20,000 nt of DNA from an uncultured virus (IMG/VR IMGVR_UViG_3300037961_006532) (taxonomy: Duplodnaviria > Heunggongvirae > Uroviricota > Caudoviricetes). The DNA lies in the IMG/VR virus record IMGVR_UViG_3300037961_006532, positions 55,767 through 75,766 of that record; one strand, 5' to 3'. The notes beneath the pieces are model-generated. The model was given only the letters and a program-made list of their open reading frames with translations, did no database searches and was not told the DNA's origin. Both the position numbers and the translations under genes were made by a program. Shown piece by piece: positions 9,287-16,227 of the stretch (position 1 is its first letter; each line of letters begins with the position of its first letter).

Positions 9287-9441
9287 ATAAATTATCATTT
9301 GAATTGTTATCAGGGTTTCTAATAATATTATTATGGATACCAGTTACATTACTTTTAACATTAAATTTTGCTTTCTGGACTTTTGTTCAATTTCCGGAAA
9401 AGATGAATGAAGTGTGCTATAAAATATGGAACGAACAATAA
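9283..9441 (+). CDS. Small membrane protein (52 aa; not in the ORF track)
   Basis: MNKLSFELLSGFLIILLWIPVTLLLTLNFAFWTFVQFPEKMNEVCYKIWNEQ*. It has an ATGA overlap with the upstream gene, its own promoter and a long hydrophobic stretch. Confidence 0.7.
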   Translation: MNKLSFELLSGFLIILLWIPVTLLLTLNFAFWTFVQFPEKMNEVCYKIWNEQ

Positions 9442-9457
9442 GGAACAGTGATATAAT
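9442..9457 (+). promoter_or_regulatory. GGAAC-N4-ATATAAT promoter, copy 3
   Basis: GGAACagtgATATAAT, followed by SD AAGGAG (9466-9471) and the ATG at 9481. Confidence 0.75.
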
Positions 9458-9480
9458 TATTGTATAAGGAGATAAAAATT

Positions 9481-10389
9481 ATGAACTTAAATTACGAAGC
9501 AACTCAATTCAAAGCGGTTAAGGAAATTAAAGTACCTGACCTTTTTTACAGACGTTATAAGTCTGGTATCGAAGTCGTTGATGAATTATTCGGCGATGGA
9601 ATCTTACCTGGTAGTAGTATTACTTTAACTGCTCCTGCTGGGTGTGGTAAGACTACTTTCTTACTTCAAATGTTAGAAGGTATGTCAGTAAATGGTTATG
9701 AAGTAGCTTATGCTAGTGGTGAAGAAAATACTTATCAGTTAGCGTTTACTTGTAACCGTATTGGTGTTAAGAACGTTAAGATTGCTAACGAGACTGATAT
9801 TGATACTTTGTGCGATCGAATGAAAGATTTCGATGTAATGGTATTCGATTCGTTTCAAGCTCTAACGTCTCATAAGAAGCTTAATAGTAGAGCTCTTGAA
9901 AAGTATGCAGTTAGTAAATTGACTCGTGCAGCGAAAGATAATGAGTGCACGATCTTTTTCGTAATGCATTTGACTAAAGATGGTAAGTTGAAAGGTAGTA
10001 CGATCGTTCCGCATACTGTTGATGTGAATATGGAAATTTCGATCGAAGGTGATATTGCTGATGATGCTCGTAAGATTGGTTTCAGCAAGAATCGTTTCGG
10101 TGCTCTGAATGATGTAACGTTGTTCTTAGGAGCTAAAGGTTATGACTTTGGTAACCCGGTTAAGATTGAAGAGAGTGAAAGTAAAGCTCCTTCTAAGAAG
10201 AATCGTAAGAAGGATGAGGAAGATAAGATCATGGCAATAAAAGAGCCGCCTCATCTAACTGCTCAAGTAGTTATGGAAGCTTTAGATGTTGATTATCAAA
10301 GAGCTTATAACCGATTGAGAGATTTAGTTCTTAACGGTAAGTTGGTTAAGTTCGGTAAAGGTCAGAACGCAATTTATAAGCATTCGTAA
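9481..10389 (+). CDS. radA: RadA/Sms-like RecA-superfamily ATPase with C-terminal winged HTH (302 aa; start revised to 9481)
   Basis: Walker A APAGCGKTT, SGEE, Walker B VFDSFQ, HLTKDG…GS…HTVD and the RadA signature KNRFG. There is no N-terminal C4 zinc finger or Lon-like C-terminal domain. SD AAGGAG supports the ATG at 9481. Confidence 0.85.
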   Translation: MNLNYEATQFKAVKEIKVPDLFYRRYKSGIEVVDELFGDGILPGSSITLTAPAGCGKTTFLLQMLEGMSVNGYEVAYASGEENTYQLAFTCNRIGVKNVKIANETDIDTLCDRMKDFDVMVFDSFQALTSHKKLNSRALEKYAVSKLTRAAKDNECTIFFVMHLTKDGKLKGSTIVPHTVDVNMEISIEGDIADDARKIGFSKNRFGALNDVTLFLGAKGYDFGNPVKIEESESKAPSKKNRKKDEEDKIMAIKEPPHLTAQVVMEALDVDYQRAYNRLRDLVLNGKLVKFGKGQNAIYKHS

Positions 10390-10397
10390 ATTAAGTT

Positions 10398-10425
10398 AAT
10401 CCTAAGCATGATTCAAAACTGCTTA
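10398..10425 (+). ncRNA. Putative H-type pseudoknot RNA motif, copy 1
   Basis: AATC-CTAAGCAT-GATT-CAAAAC-TGCTTA. Stem AATC/GATT; loop TAAGCA pairs with TGCTTA. A second copy starts at 16378. Confidence 0.55.
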
Positions 10426-10442
10426 AACTTTTTATAATTTTT

Positions 10443-10513
10443 AAGGAAAAAGCACTTGAGAAATAAGGAACTTAGATATAATTAATAATATAAATTAAAA
10501 GGAAAAAGCACTT
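10443..10513 (+). repeat. 15-bp perfect direct repeat AAGGAAAAAGCACTT flanking a promoter
   Basis: Copies at 10443-10457 and 10499-10513; the second abuts the ATG at 10514. Confidence 0.85.
10467..10482 (+). promoter_or_regulatory. GGAAC-N4-ATATAAT promoter, copy 4
   Basis: GGAACttagATATAAT upstream of the DUF932 gene. Confidence 0.75.
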
Positions 10514-11515
10514 ATGGCACATAATATAACAGAGAGAGATAGACAGCAAGGCTTAAAGCAAGCCTGGCATGACTTGACGGAAATAATGCCCGTCATTGAC
10601 GTTAAAGATAATTTCTTATCTACATGGGATGTAGAAAGGCAACCTTTGACGTATATTAATAAGGAAGGTGAAGAGATTGATACTGGTTATGGTATCTTGG
10701 TTGCGACTGACGATGATGAAATCGTTGGACGTCCTATGAGCCCTACTTACAAACATATTACTAATGAGCAGTTTTTAGATCTTGTTAGTGATGCAATGAA
10801 ACGTTTACCTAAAGCTAAGCTTGAAAGTATCGGTTCGGTAGCAAATCGAGGTAAAGTATTTGCCTCAGTTAGTCTTGCAGGAAAGAGTGAATATAAGATT
10901 GGAGATAGAGAGTTTCGTGACTATCTAAACTTCGGTAATGCTCATGATCAGACTTCTAAACTTTGGGTAAATAATACCAATGTTTGTACTGTTTGTGAAA
11001 ATACTTTTACTTGCAATTTGAATAGTGATCAAATTGGATCAGTAGTTCATAAAGGTGATGTAGAGATGAAGTTAGCTGACTTAGGTAATGTTGTAGATGC
11101 ATTCTTAGGTACGCAAGAAGACTTCAAGAAGAAGTTCGAAATCTTGAATAAGAAAAGAATTAAGAAGAAAGAAGCTACTGAGTTGTTTACTGGATTCTTA
11201 ATGCGTAATAATCCTAAAGAAGGTTTAAGTACTCGTTGCTTGAATACAGTTGAAACGTTAAATGAACTCTTTGTTAAGGGTGCAGGTAACCGAGGTGAGA
11301 GTTATGCAGATGCATTCTCTGCAGTAACTGATTACTATACGCATAATAGTACTCGTGGTAAAGGTAAGAATAAAGGTAACCAATACTATTCTTCAGAGCA
11401 TGGCTTAGGTCGTATGAATAAGTCATCGTTTTGGACTTTGATTAATAACGAGCAATTAGCCGAACGAACAATAGAACGTGGTAAAAAATTGTTGAAACTA
11501 GCTGAATTAGCCTAA
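10514..11515 (+). CDS. DUF932 / TIGR03299-like phage/plasmid protein (333 aa)
   Basis: N-terminal AWHxL, G…S..Y..I.NE.F, GS…G.KVF, YL…NAHD, VC.NT and A.SAVTDY..H match the DUF932 family pattern. Confidence 0.8.
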   Translation: MAHNITERDRQQGLKQAWHDLTEIMPVIDVKDNFLSTWDVERQPLTYINKEGEEIDTGYGILVATDDDEIVGRPMSPTYKHITNEQFLDLVSDAMKRLPKAKLESIGSVANRGKVFASVSLAGKSEYKIGDREFRDYLNFGNAHDQTSKLWVNNTNVCTVCENTFTCNLNSDQIGSVVHKGDVEMKLADLGNVVDAFLGTQEDFKKKFEILNKKRIKKKEATELFTGFLMRNNPKEGLSTRCLNTVETLNELFVKGAGNRGESYADAFSAVTDYYTHNSTRGKGKNKGNQYYSSEHGLGRMNKSSFWTLINNEQLAERTIERGKKLLKLAELA

Positions 11516-11528
11516 AGATAGAAAGGAT

Positions 11529-11556
11529 AGCCGAGGGTAAAACCTCGGCTTTTTTT
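11529..11556 (+). terminator. Rho-independent terminator
   Basis: Perfect 8-bp stem AGCCGAGG-gtaaaa-CCTCGGCT followed by a T-run, 13 nt after the DUF932 stop. Confidence 0.9.
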
Positions 11557-11562
11557 ATAAAA

Positions 11563-11781
11563 ATGCATATAGAAATAGATAAAGAAAATAATAAATTTAA
11601 AACCTCAGTTGATATGGATAAGGTTTTAGATGATCCATCCTTTCCAGATTATTACGTTTTACGTGAAATGAACCCACATGAACCTTATACTAAATATGAA
11701 AAGAAATATGCAGAGAAGTTAATCTCCTTTGAATGCGCTTATCAAAACTTAGTTACAGCACAAGAACAATTAGACGTTTAA
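11563..11781 (+). CDS. Hypothetical protein (72 aa)
   Basis: ORF fills the gap; its stop overlaps the convergent sulfotransferase stop (TTAA). Confidence 0.65.
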   Translation: MHIEIDKENNKFKTSVDMDKVLDDPSFPDYYVLREMNPHEPYTKYEKKYAEKLISFECAYQNLVTAQEQLDV

Positions 11782-12602
11782 GAATAATCGAACCATTTAG
11801 AATAGTCAAGCTCCGGAAATAAGTCTTGGAGCTCTTTAACTGAATCACTATAATAATTAGTTAAGAATTCTATAGATTGATCGCACAATTCATTTTTATA
11901 TTCTCTTTTATGAGCTCTAGAAAAGTTTTGAGATACATCAAAGTCATCTAAACCTAACCAATTGCAGATCTTATTATACTCTTTTCTTGTATTAGCATTT
12001 GTATCTTCTTGAGTTAGTAGATATATTTTTTCTTTATCAAATAATTCTAAATATTTTTTTAAGTTTTGAGAGTATAAACTCCTAGTAACTAATCTATTAG
12101 CCCATGGGTTTTCGATTGATTCAAAAAATGATTTACCTATATATTTTTCACCCCAGTATGGTTTATCTTGTTGGACATGATTGTAATGACTAAAAGTTCT
12201 TTTAATAGGATCACGTAAAGCGAATATTAACTTAACATCTGGAACGGCAGCTTTAATTCTATAATGTGTAAGAGGATTTTCATCTAAGTATAGATAATTA
12301 GGAGAACATTCTGCTACAACTTTCTGATGAGGAGGCCACTTTCTAAAAAATTTAAAATAACTATTTAAACCGCAATAATAATTAGAGTCAACATTAAAGA
12401 AATCCATTTCACCATTTTTACTTTTTATAGTAGCATTATCAAACTCATCATATGGATAAGAATCATCAAGTAACTGCGACATTCTTTCTTTACTATGTAT
12501 ATTACACATAAACATCTGCAGATGTCTTGAAAAATTAACTCTTATTGAAGTGGTGCCGCCTTTCATAGCACCTGCAATAATAAGATCAGGTTTAATAATC
12601 AT
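11778..12602 (-). CDS. PAPS-dependent sulfotransferase (Sulfotransfer_1; heparan-sulfate O-sulfotransferase-like)
   Basis: 5'-PSB loop PDLIIAGAMKGGTTS, ExSPxY (ECSPNY), 3'-PB motif LRDPIKRTFSHY, and RSLY…L..Y…F. Confidence 0.9.
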   Translation of the reverse strand: MIIKPDLIIAGAMKGGTTSIRVNFSRHLQMFMCNIHSKERMSQLLDDSYPYDEFDNATIKSKNGEMDFFNVDSNYYCGLNSYFKFFRKWPPHQKVVAECSPNYLYLDENPLTHYRIKAAVPDVKLIFALRDPIKRTFSHYNHVQQDKPYWGEKYIGKSFFESIENPWANRLVTRSLYSQNLKKYLELFDKEKIYLLTQEDTNANTRKEYNKICNWLGLDDFDVSQNFSRAHKREYKNELCDQSIEFLTNYYSDSVKELQDLFPELDYSKWFDYS

Positions 12603-12607
12603 TAAAA

Positions 12608-12613
12608 TATTTA
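12608..12613 (-). promoter_or_regulatory. Late-type promoter TAAATA-N5-ATG
   Basis: The minus strand reads TAAATAttttaATG (ATG at 12602). Confidence 0.7.
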
Positions 12614-12661
12614 AAATAAATTAGTTGAAAATCAAATATCAGATAATAAAATAATATATAA

Positions 12662-12868
12662 ATGAAAGCAAAGTATAAAGTAGGAGAGTATATTAGATAC
12701 AAATGCAAAAATAGTGTTACCGGTGAGGATAATATGGCCGGTGGCGGTACAGTACAGTCAGTTAAAGAACAAAACGGTTCATTAGTTTATGTTGTAGCTG
12801 AAGGTAATAGCGCTGCTACTTGGGTAGATGTTCATGAATCTAGAATTATAGAACTTTTAAATGGCTAA
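12662..12868 (+). CDS. Small hypothetical protein, SH3-like beta-barrel pattern (68 aa)
   Basis: KYKVGEYIRY…GTVQSV…YVV…WVDVHESRI. A possible TTGAAA-N16-TAAAAT promoter lies at 12625-12652. Confidence 0.7.
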   Translation: MKAKYKVGEYIRYKCKNSVTGEDNMAGGGTVQSVKEQNGSLVYVVAEGNSAATWVDVHESRIIELLNG

Positions 12869-13131
12869 GCATTTATACCGTTTTCATACATCCATGATGA
12901 AACAGATGTTACAATCATGCTATCAGTTACTGAAGCAGAATAATTACTATCTGAATAATCATCTATATCTAATCTTCCTATACCGTCTAGGAAAACAAAA
13001 GTCTTTAAACCAGCAGGTTGCTTATTAATACGATGAATATGTTGTTCACCAGAAAGTGTAATCCATATGTTACTATTATTTGTTTTCTGATACTTTTTAG
13101 CTGGTTCAATTATAACTTTTAATACTGACAT
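12865..13131 (-). CDS. Hypothetical late protein (88 aa)
   Basis: TAAATA-N5-ATG start; 4-nt stop overlap with the convergent gene. Confidence 0.75.
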   Translation of the reverse strand: MSVLKVIIEPAKKYQKTNNSNIWITLSGEQHIHRINKQPAGLKTFVFLDGIGRLDIDDYSDSNYSASVTDSMIVTSVSSWMYENGINA

Positions 13132-13136
13132 ATAAT

Positions 13137-13142
13137 TATTTA
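13137..13142 (-). promoter_or_regulatory. Late-type promoter TAAATA-N5-ATG
   Basis: The minus strand reads TAAATAattatATG (ATG at 13131). Confidence 0.7.
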
Positions 13143-13178
13143 ATCAAATGAAACAAAATATAAATAAGGAAATATAAA

Positions 13179-13382
13179 ATGAGTAAAAGCGAAACATATA
13201 AAAGAAGTTACAATGGTAAGTACTATACATACAGTGAAGGTATTTTATCTATGTTTAACGATGAATTATCTGATGCTCCTATTAGAACGTATGATGTGAT
13301 TTTAGATTCTGAAAAGAAATTTGAAATGGAAATTATGTGGATTTCTGAAAAAATGGATTCAGATAATAGTTGGGGTAACTAA
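13179..13382 (+). CDS. Hypothetical protein (67 aa)
   Basis: Preceded by TATAAATA (13159-13166) and the SD-like AAGGA. Confidence 0.7.
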   Translation: MSKSETYKRSYNGKYYTYSEGILSMFNDELSDAPIRTYDVILDSEKKFEMEIMWISEKMDSDNSWGN

Positions 13383-13643
13383 TTGCCTAATCGATCTTTA
13401 AAAAGTTACATACAAGAACTATCTAAAGAAAGATTAAAGCTTAATAGATATGCAAACAAAATAGAAAAAACGCACGAACAGTCCAAACTTTATTCTGATA
13501 GATTAAACAAAGCTATTACTCAAGAAGAAAAGTGTATAGCTTTGGTAGATAAAATAAATAAAAGACTTCCAGAAACTAAAAAACTATCATCAATAGTCTA
13601 TAATATATCATCTAAAGATTTAGAGGAACTATTATATAATTAA
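13383..13643 (+). CDS. Hypothetical coiled-coil protein (86 aa, TTG start)
   Basis: Abuts the upstream stop; K/E/L-rich helical composition. Confidence 0.6.
   Translation: MPNRSLKSYIQELSKERLKLNRYANKIEKTHEQSKLYSDRLNKAITQEEKCIALVDKINKRLPETKKLSSIVYNISSKDLEELLYN
13625..13640 (+). promoter_or_regulatory. GGAAC-N4-ATATAAT promoter, copy 5
   Basis: GGAACtattATATAAT, then SD GAGGTG (13655-13660) and the ATG at 13663. Confidence 0.75.
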
Positions 13644-13662
13644 ATAAAAAGAAAGAGGTGTT

Positions 13663-13845
13663 ATGGCTAAGTATAAAAATTTTAGACCTAAAAGAAAAAG
13701 AAGAGAAACTTTAAACCCTACTGATCGTACTAGTAAGTTATGGGATCATTATTTAAAATGGAAAAATACTGACCCTGCTATAAGAGGTCTATGGACTAAT
13801 TATAGACGATTAGGTAAATTTAGTGACGATGCGATCGGCAATTAA
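13663..13845 (+). CDS. Small basic hypothetical protein (60 aa)
   Basis: Has a promoter and an SD; R/K-rich. Confidence 0.7.
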   Translation: MAKYKNFRPKRKRRETLNPTDRTSKLWDHYLKWKNTDPAIRGLWTNYRRLGKFSDDAIGN

Positions 13846-14125
13846 AAATTTTGATAAAAAAAGATTTGTAAAAGGTGTAAACGAAACATGGACGTGTTAC
13901 GACTATTACACCTTCTATATGACTATAAGAAAAACTGACCTGCATTATGATAAAATAAAAGGCAGAAATCCTAATGAGTATATGTTACAAACTTCTGCTG
14001 CTGAATATTTTTATGGATTTAAAACTCCTCAAGAAGCAATGGATAAAGGATATGCTAGAGCAAAAGAGTTATATAATATGCGCATAGGTTTTCCATTAGA
14101 TAGAAAGAGTCCAGATTATGAGTAA
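13823..14125 (+). CDS. Hypothetical protein (about 100 aa; the start may be the ATG at 13829)
   Basis: ORF overlapping both neighbours in an operon-like run. Confidence 0.7.
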   Translation: MTMRSAIKNFDKKRFVKGVNETWTCYDYYTFYMTIRKTDLHYDKIKGRNPNEYMLQTSAAEYFYGFKTPQEAMDKGYARAKELYNMRIGFPLDRKSPDYE

Positions 14126-14405
14126 AGGAAAGGAATACGAACCAGGGGGCATTTATTATGTCAATCCTGAGGTACCTGAAGAGTGTAGAGAAGAAATTTC
14201 ATTAAAAGAACTAAATGTTCGTTCCGGAAAAGAAGCTTATACTTTCTGTTTAAGCTTAGCAAAAACAACTTGTCGTCGTCTAGATTGGGACGTAAATGCA
14301 GCACAGCAAGAAATAAAAGACGCTGCATTACCGAACGTATCAAAGAAGAAGATTGTAGAAAAATTCAATGAAATATTTTCACCGTGGGTAACATTAATTA
14401 AGTAA
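14118..14405 (+). CDS. Hypothetical protein (95 aa)
   Basis: 8-nt overlap with the upstream gene (ATGAGTAA). Confidence 0.7.
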   Translation: MSKGKEYEPGGIYYVNPEVPEECREEISLKELNVRSGKEAYTFCLSLAKTTCRRLDWDVNAAQQEIKDAALPNVSKKKIVEKFNEIFSPWVTLIK

Positions 14406-14527
14406 ATACTATAGAATTCCAGGTATATAATCAGTTACCTAACATCAAACAAATTGATTCTCCGTTAATCTCACAATGGGGATTCTCAAGAAATCCTTAA
14501 AAACATTAAATTTTATGAAAAAACAAC

Positions 14528-14614
14528 GCTCATGTGGTGAAATTGGTAAACACAACAGACTTAAAATCTGTCGACTGCAAAGTCTTGCTGGTTCAAGTCC
14601 GGCCATGAGTACCA
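14528..14614 (+). tRNA. trnL: tRNA-Leu (anticodon TAA)
   Basis: Acceptor GCTCATG/CATGAGT, D-arm TGGTGAAATTGGTAAACAC, anticodon stem ACAGA/TCTGT with loop CTTAAAA, long variable arm GACT-GCAA-AGTC, T-arm GCTGG-TTCAAGT-CCGGC, encoded CCA. Confidence 0.96.
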
Positions 14615-14618
14615 TTAA

Positions 14619-14695
14619 GCGCCAGTAGCTCAGTTGGATAGAGCAACGGTTTTCTAAACCGTTGGTCGCAGGTTCGAGTCCTGCCTGGCGTACCA
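14619..14695 (+). tRNA. trnR: tRNA-Arg (anticodon TCT)
   Basis: Acceptor GCGCCAG/CTGGCGT, D-arm GCTC-AGTTGGATA-GAGC, anticodon stem ACGGT/ACCGT with loop TTTCTAA, T-arm GCAGG-TTCGAGT-CCTGC, encoded CCA. Confidence 0.96.
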
Positions 14696-15439
14696 TTATT
14701 TTTCTAATAACATTTTAGTCTTATTTCCTTCCCAGTTATGGGCTTGAGGAGATAAATGCACACAGTTAATATTATCGAAACACTTTACCGAGTTAAAAAG
14801 TTTAGTAAAAAGCAAATCATCAAAGCCTGCATTACAAGACATTTCTGGATATACATAAGGTCTTAAACTTTGATAGGTTTGTCTTAAAGCAGTCATATGA
14901 AACATTTGAAAATATCCCCAACCTAAATTGCCTTGTTTGCCTGAATAACCGTGTAAGTTCATATTGTAAAATGCTTCCTTAATACGTTGTCTTGACGTTT
15001 CTACATTACCTCCATCACGAGGAAGTGTTACATCAAATCTATTCATACAGTAAAGATTTCTTCTAACTAATGTATCTAATTTATAATAATTATAATCATC
15101 ATTTAACTTAAAATTACCATCAATAAATTCTCTAAAATTATTAGGTAAAACTATATCAGAATCGATATGAATAAACCATTCATTACAACCCGGAACGTAT
15201 AAATGATCTAAACCTCTATTGATTGCAGTACCTTTACGTAACGCACTTCTATATAAATATAATCTTCTTTCATTTGCAAATACATATTCAACACCATGTT
15301 CTTTGCATAACTCTATCGTTCTAATATCATTTTCAACAGTTACAACTACCCATCTATCAAAGTGCTTTTTATTAGCTTCAATACAATATTTGAAGTAATC
15401 AGAATAGTCTATACAAACGGAAACTGCATTTATAATCAT
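14696..15439 (-). CDS. GT-A fold (GT2-like) glycosyltransferase (247 aa)
   Basis: N-terminal VSVCIDYSDY, KGTAINRGL, DXD motif in WFIHIDSDIVLP, GYFQMFH and AGFDDLLF. TAAATA-N5-ATG start. Confidence 0.8.
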   Translation of the reverse strand: MIINAVSVCIDYSDYFKYCIEANKKHFDRWVVVTVENDIRTIELCKEHGVEYVFANERRLYLYRSALRKGTAINRGLDHLYVPGCNEWFIHIDSDIVLPNNFREFIDGNFKLNDDYNYYKLDTLVRRNLYCMNRFDVTLPRDGGNVETSRQRIKEAFYNMNLHGYSGKQGNLGWGYFQMFHMTALRQTYQSLRPYVYPEMSCNAGFDDLLFTKLFNSVKCFDNINCVHLSPQAHNWEGNKTKMLLEK

Positions 15440-15444
15440 ATAAA

Positions 15445-15450
15445 TATTTA
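15445..15450 (-). promoter_or_regulatory. Late-type promoter TAAATA-N5-ATG
   Basis: The minus strand reads TAAATAtttatATG (ATG at 15439). Confidence 0.7.
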
Positions 15451-15472
15451 AAATTTTTTATAGAGATATCAA

Positions 15473-15488
15473 GGAACTGCTATATAAT
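15473..15488 (+). promoter_or_regulatory. GGAAC-N4-ATATAAT promoter, copy 6
   Basis: GGAACtgctATATAAT; ATG 6 nt downstream at 15495. Confidence 0.75.
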
Positions 15489-15494
15489 ATTAAT

Positions 15495-15743
15495 ATGAGT
15501 TACGAAATTATATTCTGTGGATGTGGTAAAGTTATACCTCCTGAAAGAGCTGAGATGGGTAAGAAGATCTGTGTTAGTTGTGCTGAGAAGTTAGGTACTC
15601 CGAAGGTAAAAGGTCGTATGGTATTCGGTCATAAGACTGCTGGAAGTATAGAGATAATGAGTGCTGATAGTTGGGATGCGAATAAGAAGTATTTTATTCC
15701 GAATGGTCCTCGTAGTAGTGTTAAGAATTTTATGAGGGGTTAA
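15495..15743 (+). CDS. DksA/TraR-type C4 zinc-finger protein (82 aa)
   Basis: CGCGKVIPPERAEMGKKICVSC resembles the C..CG..IP..R……C..C finger. Confidence 0.7.
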   Translation: MSYEIIFCGCGKVIPPERAEMGKKICVSCAEKLGTPKVKGRMVFGHKTAGSIEIMSADSWDANKKYFIPNGPRSSVKNFMRG

Positions 15744-15744
15744 T

Positions 15745-15945
15745 ATGAAACCTGAAGATAGAAAAAGAGCATGGCAAAATTTGCCTGAACCAAGACCACC
15801 ATGGGAAACGTTTAAACGTATGTTGTATCATTGCGATTACAATCCGGAAAAAGTTCGTGAAAACTATCTAAAGAATCTTTCAATAGCAGCTGGAAGATTA
15901 GATGAAGAAGGTGAACGAGTAAATGGTGGACATTCAATAGGCTGA
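15745..15945 (+). CDS. Hypothetical protein (66 aa)
   Basis: SD GAGGGG upstream; starts 1 nt after the previous stop. Confidence 0.7.
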   Translation: MKPEDRKRAWQNLPEPRPPWETFKRMLYHCDYNPEKVRENYLKNLSIAAGRLDEEGERVNGGHSIG

Positions 15946-15954
15946 TGCTATAAT
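15927..15954 (+). promoter_or_regulatory. Sigma70-like promoter with extended -10
   Basis: TGGACA-N16-TATAAT with TGn before the -10 (TGCTATAAT); ATG 6 nt downstream at 15961. Confidence 0.55.
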
Positions 15955-15960
15955 AGATAT

Positions 15961-16218
15961 ATGTTTATTGAATGTTATAGAATTCCGATTAATAGTTGGG
16001 ATAAATCTGACGAAGAAATAAAAAAGCCTGAGAATAAAATTCTTATTCCTTTAGCAAGAATAGAATATGTTCAATCAGCACCACATAATAATGCAAGAGC
16101 AGAAATACTTCTATCAGCTGATAAAAGAGTTCATGTTACGAGCAGTTATGAAGAGATATTATCTAAGATCGAAGACTTAGGTAAAACAACACACATTATG
16201 TATAGAGCAAACGATTAA
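15961..16218 (+). CDS. Hypothetical protein, FlbD/SwrD-like pattern (85 aa)
   Basis: ILIPLARIEYVQS…EILLSADKRVHVTSSYEEILSKI resembles the FlbD-type I..I…I.L..G….V.ES.EEI..I pattern (by eye). Confidence 0.55.
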   Translation: MFIECYRIPINSWDKSDEEIKKPENKILIPLARIEYVQSAPHNNARAEILLSADKRVHVTSSYEEILSKIEDLGKTTHIMYRAND

Positions 16219-16227
16219 GGGGACATT

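Noticed and set aside
9870..14343. Antisense ORFs 9870-10088 and 14161-14343
   Set aside because: They are nested opposite supported plus-strand genes and have no TAAATA-N5-ATG or SD.
14445..14696. 83-aa minus-strand ORF (MVRQAGLEPATNGLENRCS…)
   Set aside because: It is the antisense shadow of the two tRNA genes; GLEPAT-type peptides are a typical tRNA artefact.
8852..15477. GGAAC as an ECF-sigma -35 element
   Set aside because: It lies only 5 nt from a TATAAT -10, whereas ECF promoters need about 16-17 nt and a different -10. It is kept as a separate promoter class instead.
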